Notes under the pieces: generated by a model
Told to the model about the DNA's origin: nothing
Seen by the model: only the letters and a program-made list of their open reading frames with translations
Database searches by the model: none
In this document: positions 36,201 through 49,534 of the stretch, in pieces
How the letters are laid out: the number at the start of each line of letters is the position of its first letter
How positions within the stretch are numbered: position 1 is the stretch's first letter
Position numbers and translations under genes: made by a program
From: Bugula neritina
Lineage: Eukaryota; Animalia; Bryozoa
Length of the DNA: 64,000 nucleotides
Direction: 5' to 3'
NCBI GenBank assembly: GCA_964035545.1
Contig: OZ037768.1
Coordinates: 372,001-436,000 of the forward strand

Positions 36201-39200
36201 ACTATACTACTTGTTGTATTCTACTATACTACTTGTTGTATTCTACTATACTACTTGTTGTATTCTACTATACTACATGTTGTATTCTACTATATTACTT
36301 GTTGTATTCTACTATACTACTTGTTGTATTCTACTATACTACTTGTTGTATTCTACTATACTACTTGATATATTACTATATTACTACTATACTACTTGTT
36401 GTATTCTACTATACTACTTGTTGTATTCTACTATACTACTTGTTGTATTCTACTATACTACTTGTTGTATTCTACTATACTACTTGTTGTATTCTACTAT
36501 ACTACTTGTTGTATTCTACTATATTACTTGTTGTATTCTACTATACTACTTGTTGTATTCTACTATACTACTTGTTGTATTCTACTATACTACTTGTTGT
36601 ATTCTACTATACTACTTGTCGTATTCTACTATACTACTTGTTGTATTCTACTATACTACTTGTTGTATTCTACTATACTACTTGTTGTATTCTACTATAC
36701 TACTTGTTGTATTCTACTATACTACTTGTTATATTCTACTATACTACTTGTTGTATTCTACTATACTACTTGTTGTATTCTACTATACTACTTGTTGTAT
36801 TCTACTATACTACTTGTTGTATTCTACTATACTACTTGTTGTATTCTACTATACTACTTGTTGTATTCTACTATACTACTTGTTGTATTCTACTATACTA
36901 CTTGTTGTATTCTACTATACTACTTGTTGTATTCTACTATACTACTTGTTGTATTCTACTATACTACTTGTTGTATTCTACTATACTACTTGTTGTATTC
37001 TACTATACTACTTGTTGTATTCTACTATACTACTTGTTGTATTCTACTATACTACTTGTTGTATTCTACTATACTACTTGTTGTATTCTACTATACTACT
37101 TGTTGTATTCTACTATACTACTTGTTGTATTCTACTATACTACTTGTTGTATTCTACTATACTACTTGTTGTATTCTACTATACTACTTGTTGTATTCTA
37201 CTATACTACTTGTTGTGTTCTACTATACTACTTGTTGTATTCTACTATACTACTTGTTGTATTCTACTATACTACTTGTTGTATTCTACTATACTAATTT
37301 ACTGCATGATGTACTACTATGCTACTTGATATATTACTATACTACCTGATATATTACTATACTACTTGTTGTATTACTATATTACTTGTTGTATTCTACT
37401 ATACTACTTGATATATTACTATATTACTTGTTGTATTCTACTATACTACTTGTTGTATTCTACTATACTACTTGTTGTATTCTACTATACTACTTGTTGT
37501 ATTCTACTATACTACTTGATATATTACTATATTACTTGTTGTATTCTACTATACTACTTGTTGTATTCTACTATACTACTTGTTGTATTCTACTATACTA
37601 CTTGTTGTATTCTACTATACTACTTGTTGTATTCTACTATACTACCTGATATATTACTATATTACTTGTTGTATTCTACTATATTACTTGTTGTATTCTA
37701 CTATACTACTTGTTATATTACTATATTACTTGATATATTACTATATTACTTGTTGTATTCTACTATACTACTTGTTGTATTCTACTATACTACTTGTTAT
37801 ATTACTATATTACTTGATATATTACTATATTACTTGTTGTATTCTACTATACTACTTGTTGTATTCTACTATACTACTTGTTATATTACTATATTACTTG
37901 ATATATTACTATATTACTTGTTGTATTCTACTATACTACTTGTTGTATTCTACTATACTACTTGTTGTATTCTACTATACTACTTGTTGTATTCTACTAT
38001 ACTACCTGATATATTACTATACTACCTGATATATTACTATATTACTTGTTGTATTAATATACTGCATGATGTACTACTTTACTACTTGATATATTACTAT
38101 ATTACTTGATATATTACTATACTACCTGATGTACTACTATACTACTTGATGTACTACTATTCTACACTACTGCATAAGAATATATATACATCTACTCGGA
38201 GGTAGGGAGGGGTGGAGGTAGGGAGGGGTGGAGGTAGGGAGGGGTGGAGGTAGGGAGGGGTGGAGGTAGGGAGGGGTGGAGGTAGGGAGGGGTGGAGGTA
38301 GGGAGGGGTGGAGGTAGGGAGGGGTGGAGGTAGGGAGGGGTGGAGGTAGGGAGGGGTGGAGGTAGGGAGGGGTGGAGGTAGGGAGGGGTGGAGGTAGGGA
38401 GGGGTGGCGGGGTAGACCCCCTACTTACTGAATGGTTTGTGACCAACTACTTGTATTCTACTGTTACTCCGTTTATTCTTAGCACTTCTTGAAGAAGATT
38501 CCTCCTCATTATCACTCCCATACTCTTCCTGTTCCTTGGCCTTTGACCTCTTCAGCCACATCTACATCGTCATAGCAACATGTTGTATACATCTCTATAG
38601 CAACAAGCTATACACATCTCCATAGCGACTAGCTATACACATCTCCATAGCAACTAGCTATACACATCTCCATAGCAACTAGCTATACACATCTCCATAG
38701 CAACTAGCTATACACATCTCCATAGCAACAAGCTATACACATCTCCATAGCAACTAGCTATACACATCTCCATAGCGACTAGCTATACACATCTCCATAG
38801 CAACAAGTTATACACATCTCCATAGCAACAAGAGAAGCAAAACTCACCCCATAAGCATCAGACTTATAGGATGCATTTATCCACTGCCCACTCTCTGTTT
38901 TTATCTTTTTATTGTTTCCCTGATTTCCAGATTGGCCGACGAATCTTTTCTTCTTTCGGTCCCTGGAAGAGACGAAAAACATGTGAGCAGATCAGTTGAA
39001 TATTTCAGCACTATAATATACTCACTAGACTGTTAGTTGTATCTCAACACTATAATATACTCACTAGACTGTTAGTTGTATCTCAACACTATAATATACT
39101 CACTATACTGTTAGTTGTATCTCAACACTATAATATACTCACTATACTGTTAGTTGTATCTCAACACTATAATATACTCACTAGACTGTTAGTTGTATCT

Positions 39201-42200
39201 CAACACTATAATATACTCACTAGACTGTTAGTTGTATCTCAACACTATAATATACTCACTATACTGTTAGTTGTATCTCAACACTATAATATACTCACTA
39301 TACTGTTAGTTGTATCTCAACACTATAATATACTCACTATACTGTTAGTTGTATCTCAACACTATAATATACTCACTATACTGTTAGTTGTATCTCAACA
39401 CTATAATATACTCACTATACTGTTAGTTGTATCTCAACACTATAATATACTCACTATACTGTTAGTTGTATCTCAACACTATAATATACTCACTATACTG
39501 TTAGTTGTATCTCAACACTATAATATACTCACTATACTGTTAGTTGTATCTCAACACTATAATATACTCACTATACTGTTAGTTGTATCTCAACACTATA
39601 ATATACTCACTAGACTGTTAGTTGTATCTCAACACTATAATATACTCACTAGACTGTTAGTTGTATCTCAACACTATAATATACTCACTAGACTGTTAGT
39701 TGAATATCTCAACACTATAATATACTCACTATACTGTTAGTTATATTTCAGCACTATAATATACTCACTAGACTGTTAGTTGTATCTCAACACTATAATA
39801 TACTCACTATACTGTTAGTTGTATCTCAACACTATAATATACTCACTATACTGTTAGTTGTATCTCAACACTATAATATACTCACTAGACTGTTAGTTAT
39901 ATCTCAGCACTATAATATACTTACTAGACTGTTAGTTGTATCTCAACACTATAATATACTCACTAGACTGCTAGTTGTATCTCAACACTATAATATACTC
40001 ACTATACTGTTAGTTGTATCTCAACACTATAATATACTCACTAGACTGAGAGAGACAGAGAAAGAGAGAGAGAGGGGGGGGGGTATACTTACCACTTCAT
40101 TCTATTCTGTGAGCTCCTCATCTGCTCGTTATCATCTCCGGTGAGGTCAAGGACAGCCCCCTTCACTTGATGGTCAAAACTGTTGGTTAATCCAAGTCTA
40201 CAAAGTCACTATAATATAGTCTGAGTTCACTCTCTACTCGCTATAATATAGTCTGAGTACACTCTCTACTCACTATAATATAGTCTGAGTTCACTCTCTA
40301 CTCACTATAATATAGTCTGAGTACTCTCTACTCACTATAATATAGTCTGAGTTCACTCTCTCTACTCACTATAATATAGTCTGAGTTCACTCTTTCTACT
40401 CACTATAATATAGTCTGAGTACACTCTCTACTCACTATAATATAGTCTGAGTTCACTCACCCCATCTCACTGTTGTAGTCACTCGGTCTATATGAAATGT
40501 AATTTTCTTCATCCTTGACCTCTAACTTCCTCTTCCTCCCTCTCTTTTGTGCTGCCGGTAGACTCATGAAGCTGATGTCATCATCAACCTGTAGAGTAGA
40601 ATGAGTCACACAGTGAGTGGATGTTTCACTCCTCTGTTCAGCTTCGTACAGCCACGAAGAGAAGACTAACTATCAGACTAGCTATCTCACCAACACTGAG
40701 GTAACAGTATGACTCATATCTCGCACCTGATTGGACGGGAACAGCTCAGACGTCTTCTTTCTCTGCTCCTCGACAAACTGAGTCAGAATATCATTTTTCT
40801 TGTCGGCTGCAACTTTGATGACATCACCGTGCTTCTTCCTCTTCACTTGCATCACGGAAAAGCCGGGAGCTTTCTTCGTGCCACCAATCTCAAAGATAGT
40901 CTGATAAAATTATATACTCTTTGGGCTACAGTTCTCTATACTAGTTACTATAACTTCCACTCTTTGGTCTGAAATACTTCATACTGGTTACTATAACTTA
41001 TACTCTTTGGTCTGAAATACTTCATACTAGTTACTATAACTTACACTCTTTGGTCTGAAATACTTCATACTAGTTACTATAACTTATACTCTTTGGTCTG
41101 AAATACTTCATACTAGTTACTATAACTTACACTCTTTGGTCTGGAATACTTCATACTAGTTACTATAACTTACACTCTTTGGTCTGGAATACTTCATACT
41201 AGTTACTATAACTTACACTCTTTGGGCTACAGTTCTCTATACTAGTTACTATAACTTATACTCTTTGGTCTGAAATACTTCATACTGGTTACTATAACTT
41301 ATACTCTTTGGTCTGAAATACTTCATACTAGTTACTATAACTTACACTCTTTGGTCTGGAATACTTCATACTAGTTACTATAACTTACACTCTTTGGGCT
41401 ACAGTTCTCTATACTGGTTACTATAACTTACACTCTTTGGTCTGGAATACTTCATACTAGTTACTATAACTTACACTCTTTGGTCTGAAATACTTCATAC
41501 TAGTTACTATAACTTACACTCTTTGGTCTGAAATACTTCATACTAGTTACTATAACTTACACTCTTTGGTCTGAAATACTTCATACTAGTTACTATAACT
41601 TACACTCTTTGGTCTGGAATACTTCATACTAGTTACTATAACTTACACTCTTTGGTCTGAAATACTTCATACTAGTTACTATAACTTACACTCTTTGGTC
41701 TGGAATACTTCATACTAGTTACTATAACTTACACTCTTTGGTCTGAAATACTTCATACTAGTTACTATAACTTACACTCTTTGGTCTGAAATACTTCATA
41801 CTGGTTACTATAACTTACACTCTTTGGTTTGAAATACTTCATACTGGTTACTATAACTTACACTCTTTGGTCTGAAATACTTCATGCTGGTTAGAATGTT
41901 TACTCTCTCCTTTTCAGATTTATTCTCCGGCTCTAAAATCACATGAAAACAATTAAATCTAGAAGAATCCTCCCAACTGCGCCGCAAGTATAACATCAGT
42001 TTAGTGATGTTATACAGAAACAGGAGAAATGTTACAATTTGATTGGCTACTGTGACCTGAACATACAGCACTTTCATGTGAGAGCTGTGCATTGTTCTAT
42101 AACTACAGTCGCACACTGCATATTGAACATCAGTCATTGGCTAGAAACTAAATAGGTCAACAACAAACATCCATTATATACATCCAGCAACTGCATAACT

Positions 42201-45200
42201 CTGGGGTAACAATCTATATAATACTCAGTTTATAGAGGTATTAGAAGAATAGACAAGGTTCCTTACGGAGCAGAGGGTGGGAGGCTAGAGCGACACACTC
42301 CAACTCCTTCATACGTTTAATGGACTCGCTAGATGCCGCAGGTCTTGACTTGAGATACAGTTTATACCCATTACTACAGACTTTCACCATGTTATTCTGT
42401 AATCAGTAATATAGCTAATACAGCTAGTAATATGACTAGTAATACAGCTAGTAGTATGACTAGTAATATAGCTAGTAGTATGACTAGTAATATAGCTAGT
42501 AATACAGCTAGTAATACAGCTAGTACTACGACTAGTACTACGACTAGTAATACAGCTAGTAATACGACTAGTAATACGGCTAATAGTAATACAGCTAGTA
42601 ATACAGCTAGTAGTATGACTAGTAATACAGCTAGTAGTATGACTAGTAGTACGACTAGTAATACAGCTAGTAGTATGACTAGTAGTATGACTAGTAGTAC
42701 AGCTAGTAGTAATAGATAAAGAGAGTACAAATTGCTACTAACCCAGTCGTGGGAGTTGTCTGTCAGTAGCCTAATATCTGCGTCTGCAATGTCTAGTATA
42801 GCTTGGGGCGCGTGCCCCACCATCCCATCTGATGTTGCTAAAAGTACATCATAGCTGAATAATGAACACAAATCATAAAGTTCTAGCAAACCTAAATTAT
42901 TATAATATAAAACTTGATGTCCACAGAAACGTTTACTCCATTCACTGAGTTTACTTGGCATAATGTGTGTTAGAGAAACAAACTCTTTGATATGGGAGGA
43001 AGGATGTACACTATCAACATGTTATGTAATATCTCTCACACAACAGGATATACTTCAGTGAACAAAATACTGACATATATCCTGTTAGTGAGAATCAGTG
43101 AGTTTCAAACTTTGTAATTATGCAAAAAGTAACAGATGAGAGAAGGTGAGAGAAGATGAAAAAAGGTGGGAGGAGGAGAGAAAAGGTGGGAGGAGGAGAG
43201 AAAAGGTGAGAGAGGGTGAGATAAGGTGAGAGGTGAGAGAGGGTGAGAGAAATGATTCACTAAACAGTTGCATACGGACAGATTTACTTACAGTCCTTGT
43301 TGTCTTCTGTCACCCACTTCACTGGTTTACCAAGAAAGAGGTGAAGGTCAAGTAAGTATGGCAACTCATCGGGAGCTACGAGGGAGTAGGCAGTACCACT
43401 TCTACCAGCCCTAGCCACCCGACCTACAATGTACAATAAACTCTGTATGGGGGAGTACAGCCACCAGACCTACAATGTAAAGTAAACTTTGTATAGGGGG
43501 GGGGTATAGCCACCCCACCTACAGTGCGCAGGAACACACAGGATCTGAGTGTACACTCACCCACTCTGTGGACAAACAGCTTCCCCTTAGCGGGAAAGTG
43601 GAAGTTGATGACGTTGTCTAAGATGGGAATATCGATACCGCGAGCCGCCAAGTCTGTCACCAGCATGACTGAGCACTTCCTGTGCGTGAACTTGGCTACG
43701 TTAATCTTGCGAGCTGATTGGTCCAGTGAGCTGTACACACAGCAGCACGTGATGCCAGCTCTTTCCAGCAGCTGTCAATAGAAATATACTCTTTAGTGGT
43801 GGAGGTACAATACTCACCATGTTGATATACTCTTTAGTGGTGGAGGTACAATACTCACCATATTGATATACTCTTTAGTGGAGGAGGTACAATACTCACC
43901 ATGTTGATATACTCTTTAGTGGTGGAGGTACAATACTCACCATGTTGATATACTCTTTAGTGGTGGAGGTACAATACTCACCATGTTGATATACTCTTTA
44001 GTGGTGAAGGTACAATACTCACCATGTTGATATACTCTTTAGTGGTGGAGGTACAATACTCACCATGTTGATATACTCTTTAGTGGTGGAGGTACAATAC
44101 TCACCATGTTAATATACTCTTTAGTGATGGAGGTACAATACTCACCATGTTGATATACTCTTTAGTGGTGGAGGTACAATACTCACCATGTTGATATACT
44201 CTTTAGTGGAGGAGATACAATACTCACCATGTTGATATACTCTTTAGTGAAGGAGGTACAATACTCACCATGTTGATATACTCTTTAGTGGTGGAGGTAC
44301 AATACTCACCATGTTGATATACTCTTTAGTGGTGGAGGTACAATACTCACCATGTTAATATACTCTTTAGTGGTAGAGGTACAATACTCACCATGTTGAT
44401 ATACTCTTTAGTGGTGGAGGTACAATACTCACCATGTTGATATACTCTTTAGTGGTGGAGGTACAATACTCACCATGTTGATATACTCCACGTGGTGCTT
44501 AGTTGCCAGGAAGATGACAGTCTGATGCTCTTTCTTGATGACGTGACGCAGGAGATGCAAGAGTAGGGCGTCCTTGTCAACAGTCCGACATCTGAAGTAC
44601 TGAGTCTACAGAAACACAGGAGCTGAGTCTAGGTTTGTCACTAAGAAAGCATCCGAATTTGTGGAATAAAATAGGAGAAGATCTTCACAGCTGAATATTT
44701 GGCAACAGAACTATTGACTGAAGCTGCAGCCAGTCACTGAGCAGCCAGTCACTGAGCAGCCAGTCACTGAGCAGCCAGTCACTGAGCAGCCAGTCACTGA
44801 GCAGCCAGTCACTGAGCAGCCAGTCACTGAGCTGGCACTAATAGAGATCTGAACTGACCTGGAGGTTTGGACTGAGTTTGCTGTCCACATCTAGACGGAG
44901 GAGGGTGGGGTTGTGGAGGCCGGCCTTAGCAAACTCTACCAGCCCCTTGGGAAGTGTAGCAGAGAAAAGCACGGTCTGTCTTTTGTCTGGGAGACGGTGA
45001 ATCACTTCTCTTATTTGTACCTCGAATCCCATTTCAAAGAGTCTGGGGAGAAAATTGTACAGTAGATATATGTATATATATATGCAGCAGATGGGAGGGA
45101 AGACAACTTCAAACATATTTCAGCACTACATGACAATAAAGTACTAGAACCAGTTCTTCTAGTCATGTGATCTACATCTTCATGTAATAGAAGGGACTTG

Positions 45201-47714
45201 CAAGTCTTATTGAGTGAGTGAATAGTCTATTTTAGTTTAGATTAAAGGGGGTTCACATACCTGTTTATTCAGCACATTATTACATAACAAACAGTCCTAC
45301 ACAGTAACATACAGTCCTACACAGTAACATACAGTCCTACACAGTAACATAGAGTCCTACACAGTAACACACAGTCCTACACAGTAACACACTGTCCTAC
45401 ACAGTAACACACAGTCCTACACGGTAACACACAGTCCTACACAGTAACACACAGTCCTACACAGTAACACACAGTCCTACACAGTAACACACAGTCCTAC
45501 ACAGTAACATACAGTCCTACACAGTAACAAACAGCTACCGAGCACACAAAGTGGCAGCAGAATCACCCACCTGTCTGCCTCGTCAAACACAACGTACTCC
45601 ACAGATGACAGCTTCAGATTCATCTCTACTACGACGTGCATAAACCTGCCGGGAGTGGCGATGATCCTGCGTGTCACAAAACATACATATACAGTCACAA
45701 TATATGATGTCACAGTGTATACAGTCACAGTATATGATGTCACAGGGTCTAGAGTCACAATATATGATGTCACAGTGTATACAGGATATGATGTCGCAGT
45801 GTCTACAGTCACAGGATATGATGTCACAGTGTCACATGATATGATGTCACAGTGTCACAGGATATGATGTCACAGTGTCACAGGATATGATGTCACAGTG
45901 TCACATGATATGATGTCACAGTGTCACAGAATATGATGTCACAGTTTCACAGGATATGATGTCACTTACACATCTGGGTTGGAGTGAAGAGCTTCAAACT
46001 GATCATTCATACTGAAATAAAAACACAAACATATAATCATATAACATATACCATAGTGTAGAGTATAGCATGTAATATAGCATGTACTATAGCATGTATT
46101 ACAGCATACTATAGCATGTACTATAGCATGTACTCTAGCATGTTTTATAGCATGTACTATAGCATGAAGTATAGCATGTATTATAGCATGTGTTATAGCA
46201 TGTAATGAATGTTAGGTAAAACTACACACCTGTCCCCTCCAAGCACTACAGCAGCTTTCAATCCTGTGTACTTGCCAAGCTACAACAATCCAGTATACTA
46301 CATACTGTATATAGTGTATACTATATACTACGTACTTTGTACTGTGTACTATATACTACATACTTTGTACTATGTACTCTGTACTACATACTTTGTACTG
46401 TGTACTATATACTACGTTTTTTGTACTGTGTACTATATACTACATACTTTGTACTGTGTACTATATACTACATACTTTGTACTGTGTACTATATACTACA
46501 TACTTTGTACTGTGTACTATATACTACATACTTTGTACTGTGTACTATATACTACATACTTTGTACTGTGTACTATATACTACATACTTTGTACTGTGTA
46601 CTATATACTACATACTTTGTACTGTGTACTATATACTACATACTTTGTACTGTGTACTATATACTACATACTTTGTACTGTGTACTATATACTACATACT
46701 TTGTACTGTGTACTATATACTACATACTTTGTACTGTGTACTATATACTACGTGCTGTATATAGTGTATACTATACAATATATTACACTGTATACACTAT
46801 ATACACTATATATACTATGTCAAATAGTGTATTCTCACATCTTTGGTAAACCTGAGTGTCTGGAGGGCCAACTCTCTCGTCGGTGACATGATCAGAGCTC
46901 GGGCTCCCGCCTGTCCCGAGTGTGACTTGAGTTTCTCAAACAGAGGTATAAGAAAGGCGGCAGTCTTGCCACTTCCTGTCCGCGCCATGGCAACGACATC
47001 CTTACCTTCCAGTATCAGCGGAATAGTCTAGAATATATAGATACGATAGAGAGGAGATCATCTTACTCTAAACCAATCATTCAGCAAACCAGTCCCCCCA
47101 AGTGCTGACAACTCACACGACATACTGCCAGTTTCTATGGTAACCACAGAGATGTTTTACTAAGTGAAAAATTCTATTGTGTCTTGTCTATAGTGTTTGG
47201 TTATGTATGCTTGATAATAAAAGTAATACTCAACTAACCTTTCTCTGAATAGGTGTGGGAATCTTATAACCTTTGTGAAGTATTCCTTTGAAGACAGGGT
47301 GGCACAACCCTAAGTCAACATAAATATATATATCTCAGGTCATATAGAAACAGGTAAAGCAGAATGTAGTCACAGACTGTACAATTCAAACATGGAATGG
47401 TGGATTCCATTATGAAACCAGCCATTAGTGTGTCCAGCCAGAAGCATTACTCTTCTAACTGCTACCGTCTTTCACAAGTGAAAATGGAAAGAGAATCAAG
47501 CAAACAATTCTGAGTTGTGTTCTCATATTGAGTTGATGTTGAAGTGTGAGTTGAGTTGTAACTACTGACTATCTCTCGACATACCCATGGCTTGAAACCC
47601 TCCCGACTTCTTCTTTTTCCTGTTCTGGTCTCGCACCATACTACGAGTCTCCGCATCACTGGACTCCGAGTCACTCTTCATGCCCTCAGTTTCGCGAAGC
47701 TCTTCTTCTGTCAT
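33268..47714 (-). CDS. DDX54: ATP-dependent DEAD-box RNA helicase DDX54/DBP10 (~792 aa)
   Basis: 19 exons: 47585-47714, 47239-47309, 46839-47027, 46230-46279, 45970-46011, 45571-45666, 44859-45042, 44474-44605, 43561-43771, 43292-43423, 42743-42837, 42267-42396, 41862-41932, 40727-40900, 40461-40588, 40093-40197, 38848-38962, 38429-38561, 33268-33458; total 2379 nt. Motifs: [55 protein letters not shown], and the DBP10 C-terminal WDRKKKRF..KIKTESG..SYKS. Confidence 0.95.
33478..38165. repeat. 22-bp satellite (~4.7 kb, ~210 copies) in the last DDX54 intron
   Basis: Unit TTGTTGTATTCTACTATACTAC; degenerates after about 37300. Confidence 0.97.
38198..38414 (+). repeat. 16-bp G-rich minisatellite (~13 copies) next to a DDX54 donor
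   Basis: Unit GGAGGTAGGGAGGGGT. Confidence 0.95.
38570..40460. repeat. Three intron-private arrays in DDX54 introns 17, 16 and 15
   Basis: 25-bp CTAGCTATACACATCTCCATAGCAA (38570-38832); 39-bp CTATAATATACTCACTA(T/G)ACTGTTAGTTGTATCTCAACA (39005-40048); ~32-bp CACTATAATATAGTCTGAGTTCACTCTCTACT (40207-40460). Confidence 0.92.
40910..41893 (-). repeat. 43-bp minisatellite (~22 copies) copied from the DDX54 exon 13 end and donor
   Basis: Sense unit AACTAGTATGAAGTATTTCAGACCAAAGAGT|GTAAGTTATAGT; the first copy encodes [10 protein letters not shown]. Confidence 0.95.
43784..44488 (-). repeat. 41-bp minisatellite (~17 copies) copied from the DDX54 exon 8 end and donor
   Basis: Sense unit GAGTATATCAACATG|GTGAGTATTGTACCTCCACCACTAAA. 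Confidence 0.95.
44727..46760. repeat. Short private arrays in DDX54 introns 7 to 3
   Basis: 15-bp GCAGCCAGTCACTGA (44727-44833); 20-bp ACAGTCCTACACAGTAACAC (45290-45530); degenerate TATGATGTCACAGTGTCACAGGA (45690-45965); 12-bp TAGCATGTACTA (46065-46205); 28-bp TACTTTGTACTGTGTACTATATACTACA (46320-46755). Confidence 0.9.
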
Positions 47715-49534
47715 CTTCAGTTTTACTACAGAGCTACCATAGATGCTTAATTTCTAAATTGTTTCTATCAAATTAAATTTAAATTGACAAAATTCAAACT
47801 ATGCAATTAAAATGTGCCATGTACTTATGTAATTATCTTACATCAAATGACTAATAATAGCTAAACAGTGATAGTATATAAACATCATTATAGTTATATT
47901 AAATATAAGTAACATTATAACTGTAAATAATCATGTATTTATTTATTATAATTAATTAATAATTATTATATAAGCTATAGTTAATTGTTGCATTATGATT
48001 ATGATTATAAAGCAAACATCATCGAAACGTATCTAACTCTATAGTTATAGTCTAAATAAATTAAGTTTAGTAAATCAGTGTTAAATTTCAAACTAATAAA
48101 TTAACTAATATTATGATTAACAATAACTTAAAGTTAAAGTCAACGAGAGAATATAATCGCTATAAATCTACTTTCTCTCCGACCCAATTTACATTCTCAT
48201 TCAGTGATTCTAGTGTTTGTTTTCAAAACAAACTTAAAGCCTAAAGCAAAAAGCAACCGCAAAAGCAAGTTAAACTCAACTATTAGAATATTAATTTAAA
48301 TTATAATTTAAAATTAAATTTAATATTAAACTTTTAAAGCAAGATCAAGTTTTATCTTCAAAATCAAAATAATTTTGTTCTTTACTTAACAACAATTATA
48401 ATTCAAATTTTTGTACTTGTAGTAGTTAGTTTTACTTCGATCTTACAAGTTAACTAATAAAATCCAATATTCTAAATATCTAAATTAGATCATATAAATT
48501 AAAAAATCAAAATAAAAACTAGTATCTCTCAAAAACCAACATCTATGCGTGACTGAATCTGAGTATAATAGGGATTTTAGATATAGATGCTATAACGTTT
48601 AATACTATTAGTTTTGCCTGCGTCGGTCTAAATTAAGCCAAAACTTTTTAGACCCAGGCTTCAGAAATGGCTTCGCTAATTAATTTGAGCTTCTTATGCG
48701 CCTGAGAGGACAACTCTTATACTTGATAATATTGTTCCAACTCTTCAGATAACATGGTAGTACTTTAAATTAAGAAACGTTTCTTACAGTAATAATTATA
48801 TATGCTCTGATCAAATCATATCATGCATGAAATCAAAACATAATTGTGCTTGCAAAATATTGTCACATTTCACTAAATATTATAAATTAGGGAAAACCTG
48901 GGTGAAAGGGCAAATTGCTAGGATTTTTAACAAGGTCACAAACCAATTAGAAATGTCTAACTTAGACATTGATCTTTTGTCTGACTTTGACATTTGGTCA
49001 ATATAGCTGTAAAAAAACTTCAAATAAAGTGTTATGGATGAGTATTTTAATCAGCATATTATAATCAGCAGCAAAATATTGTCAGCAATTCTAGCTTACT
49101 TAAGGCAAGAGTAATTGCAGCTCTCATGTATAGAATATAGTGTTGTTAAATAACAACATGACACCATAATATTACTGATATAGGTTATAGTAAGTATACC
49201 TATTTTGTTTTTAGTTGTATTATCTATTGTACACTTGCATGCAGAGTCAGAACTAAACAGAGTATGAGTATAAATCAATGAATTAATTAATGTAATGTTA
49301 TTACATAATAATTTAAAAACATGCTTTTTACAACAATGTAATTTCTCAACGTCACACACATGTTTATTAAAACAATTGTTTGTGGCCATTACTTTATGTT
49401 AGTTTGCTTTAACAAAGGAATTTCTTGACAGAGAAGAAAGTGAAACAATAAATTTGCTGAGAAGATGTTAGAAAGCACAGGTTTAATGTGTTCATTATTT
49501 CATCATGACTAAGGCCTGCAGATGACTGACCACA

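Noticed and set aside
33432-38109. Very long ORFs (up to 978 aa) in all three + frames
   Set aside because: Translation of a stop-free 22-bp satellite inside a DDX54 intron on the opposite strand; no coding signal.
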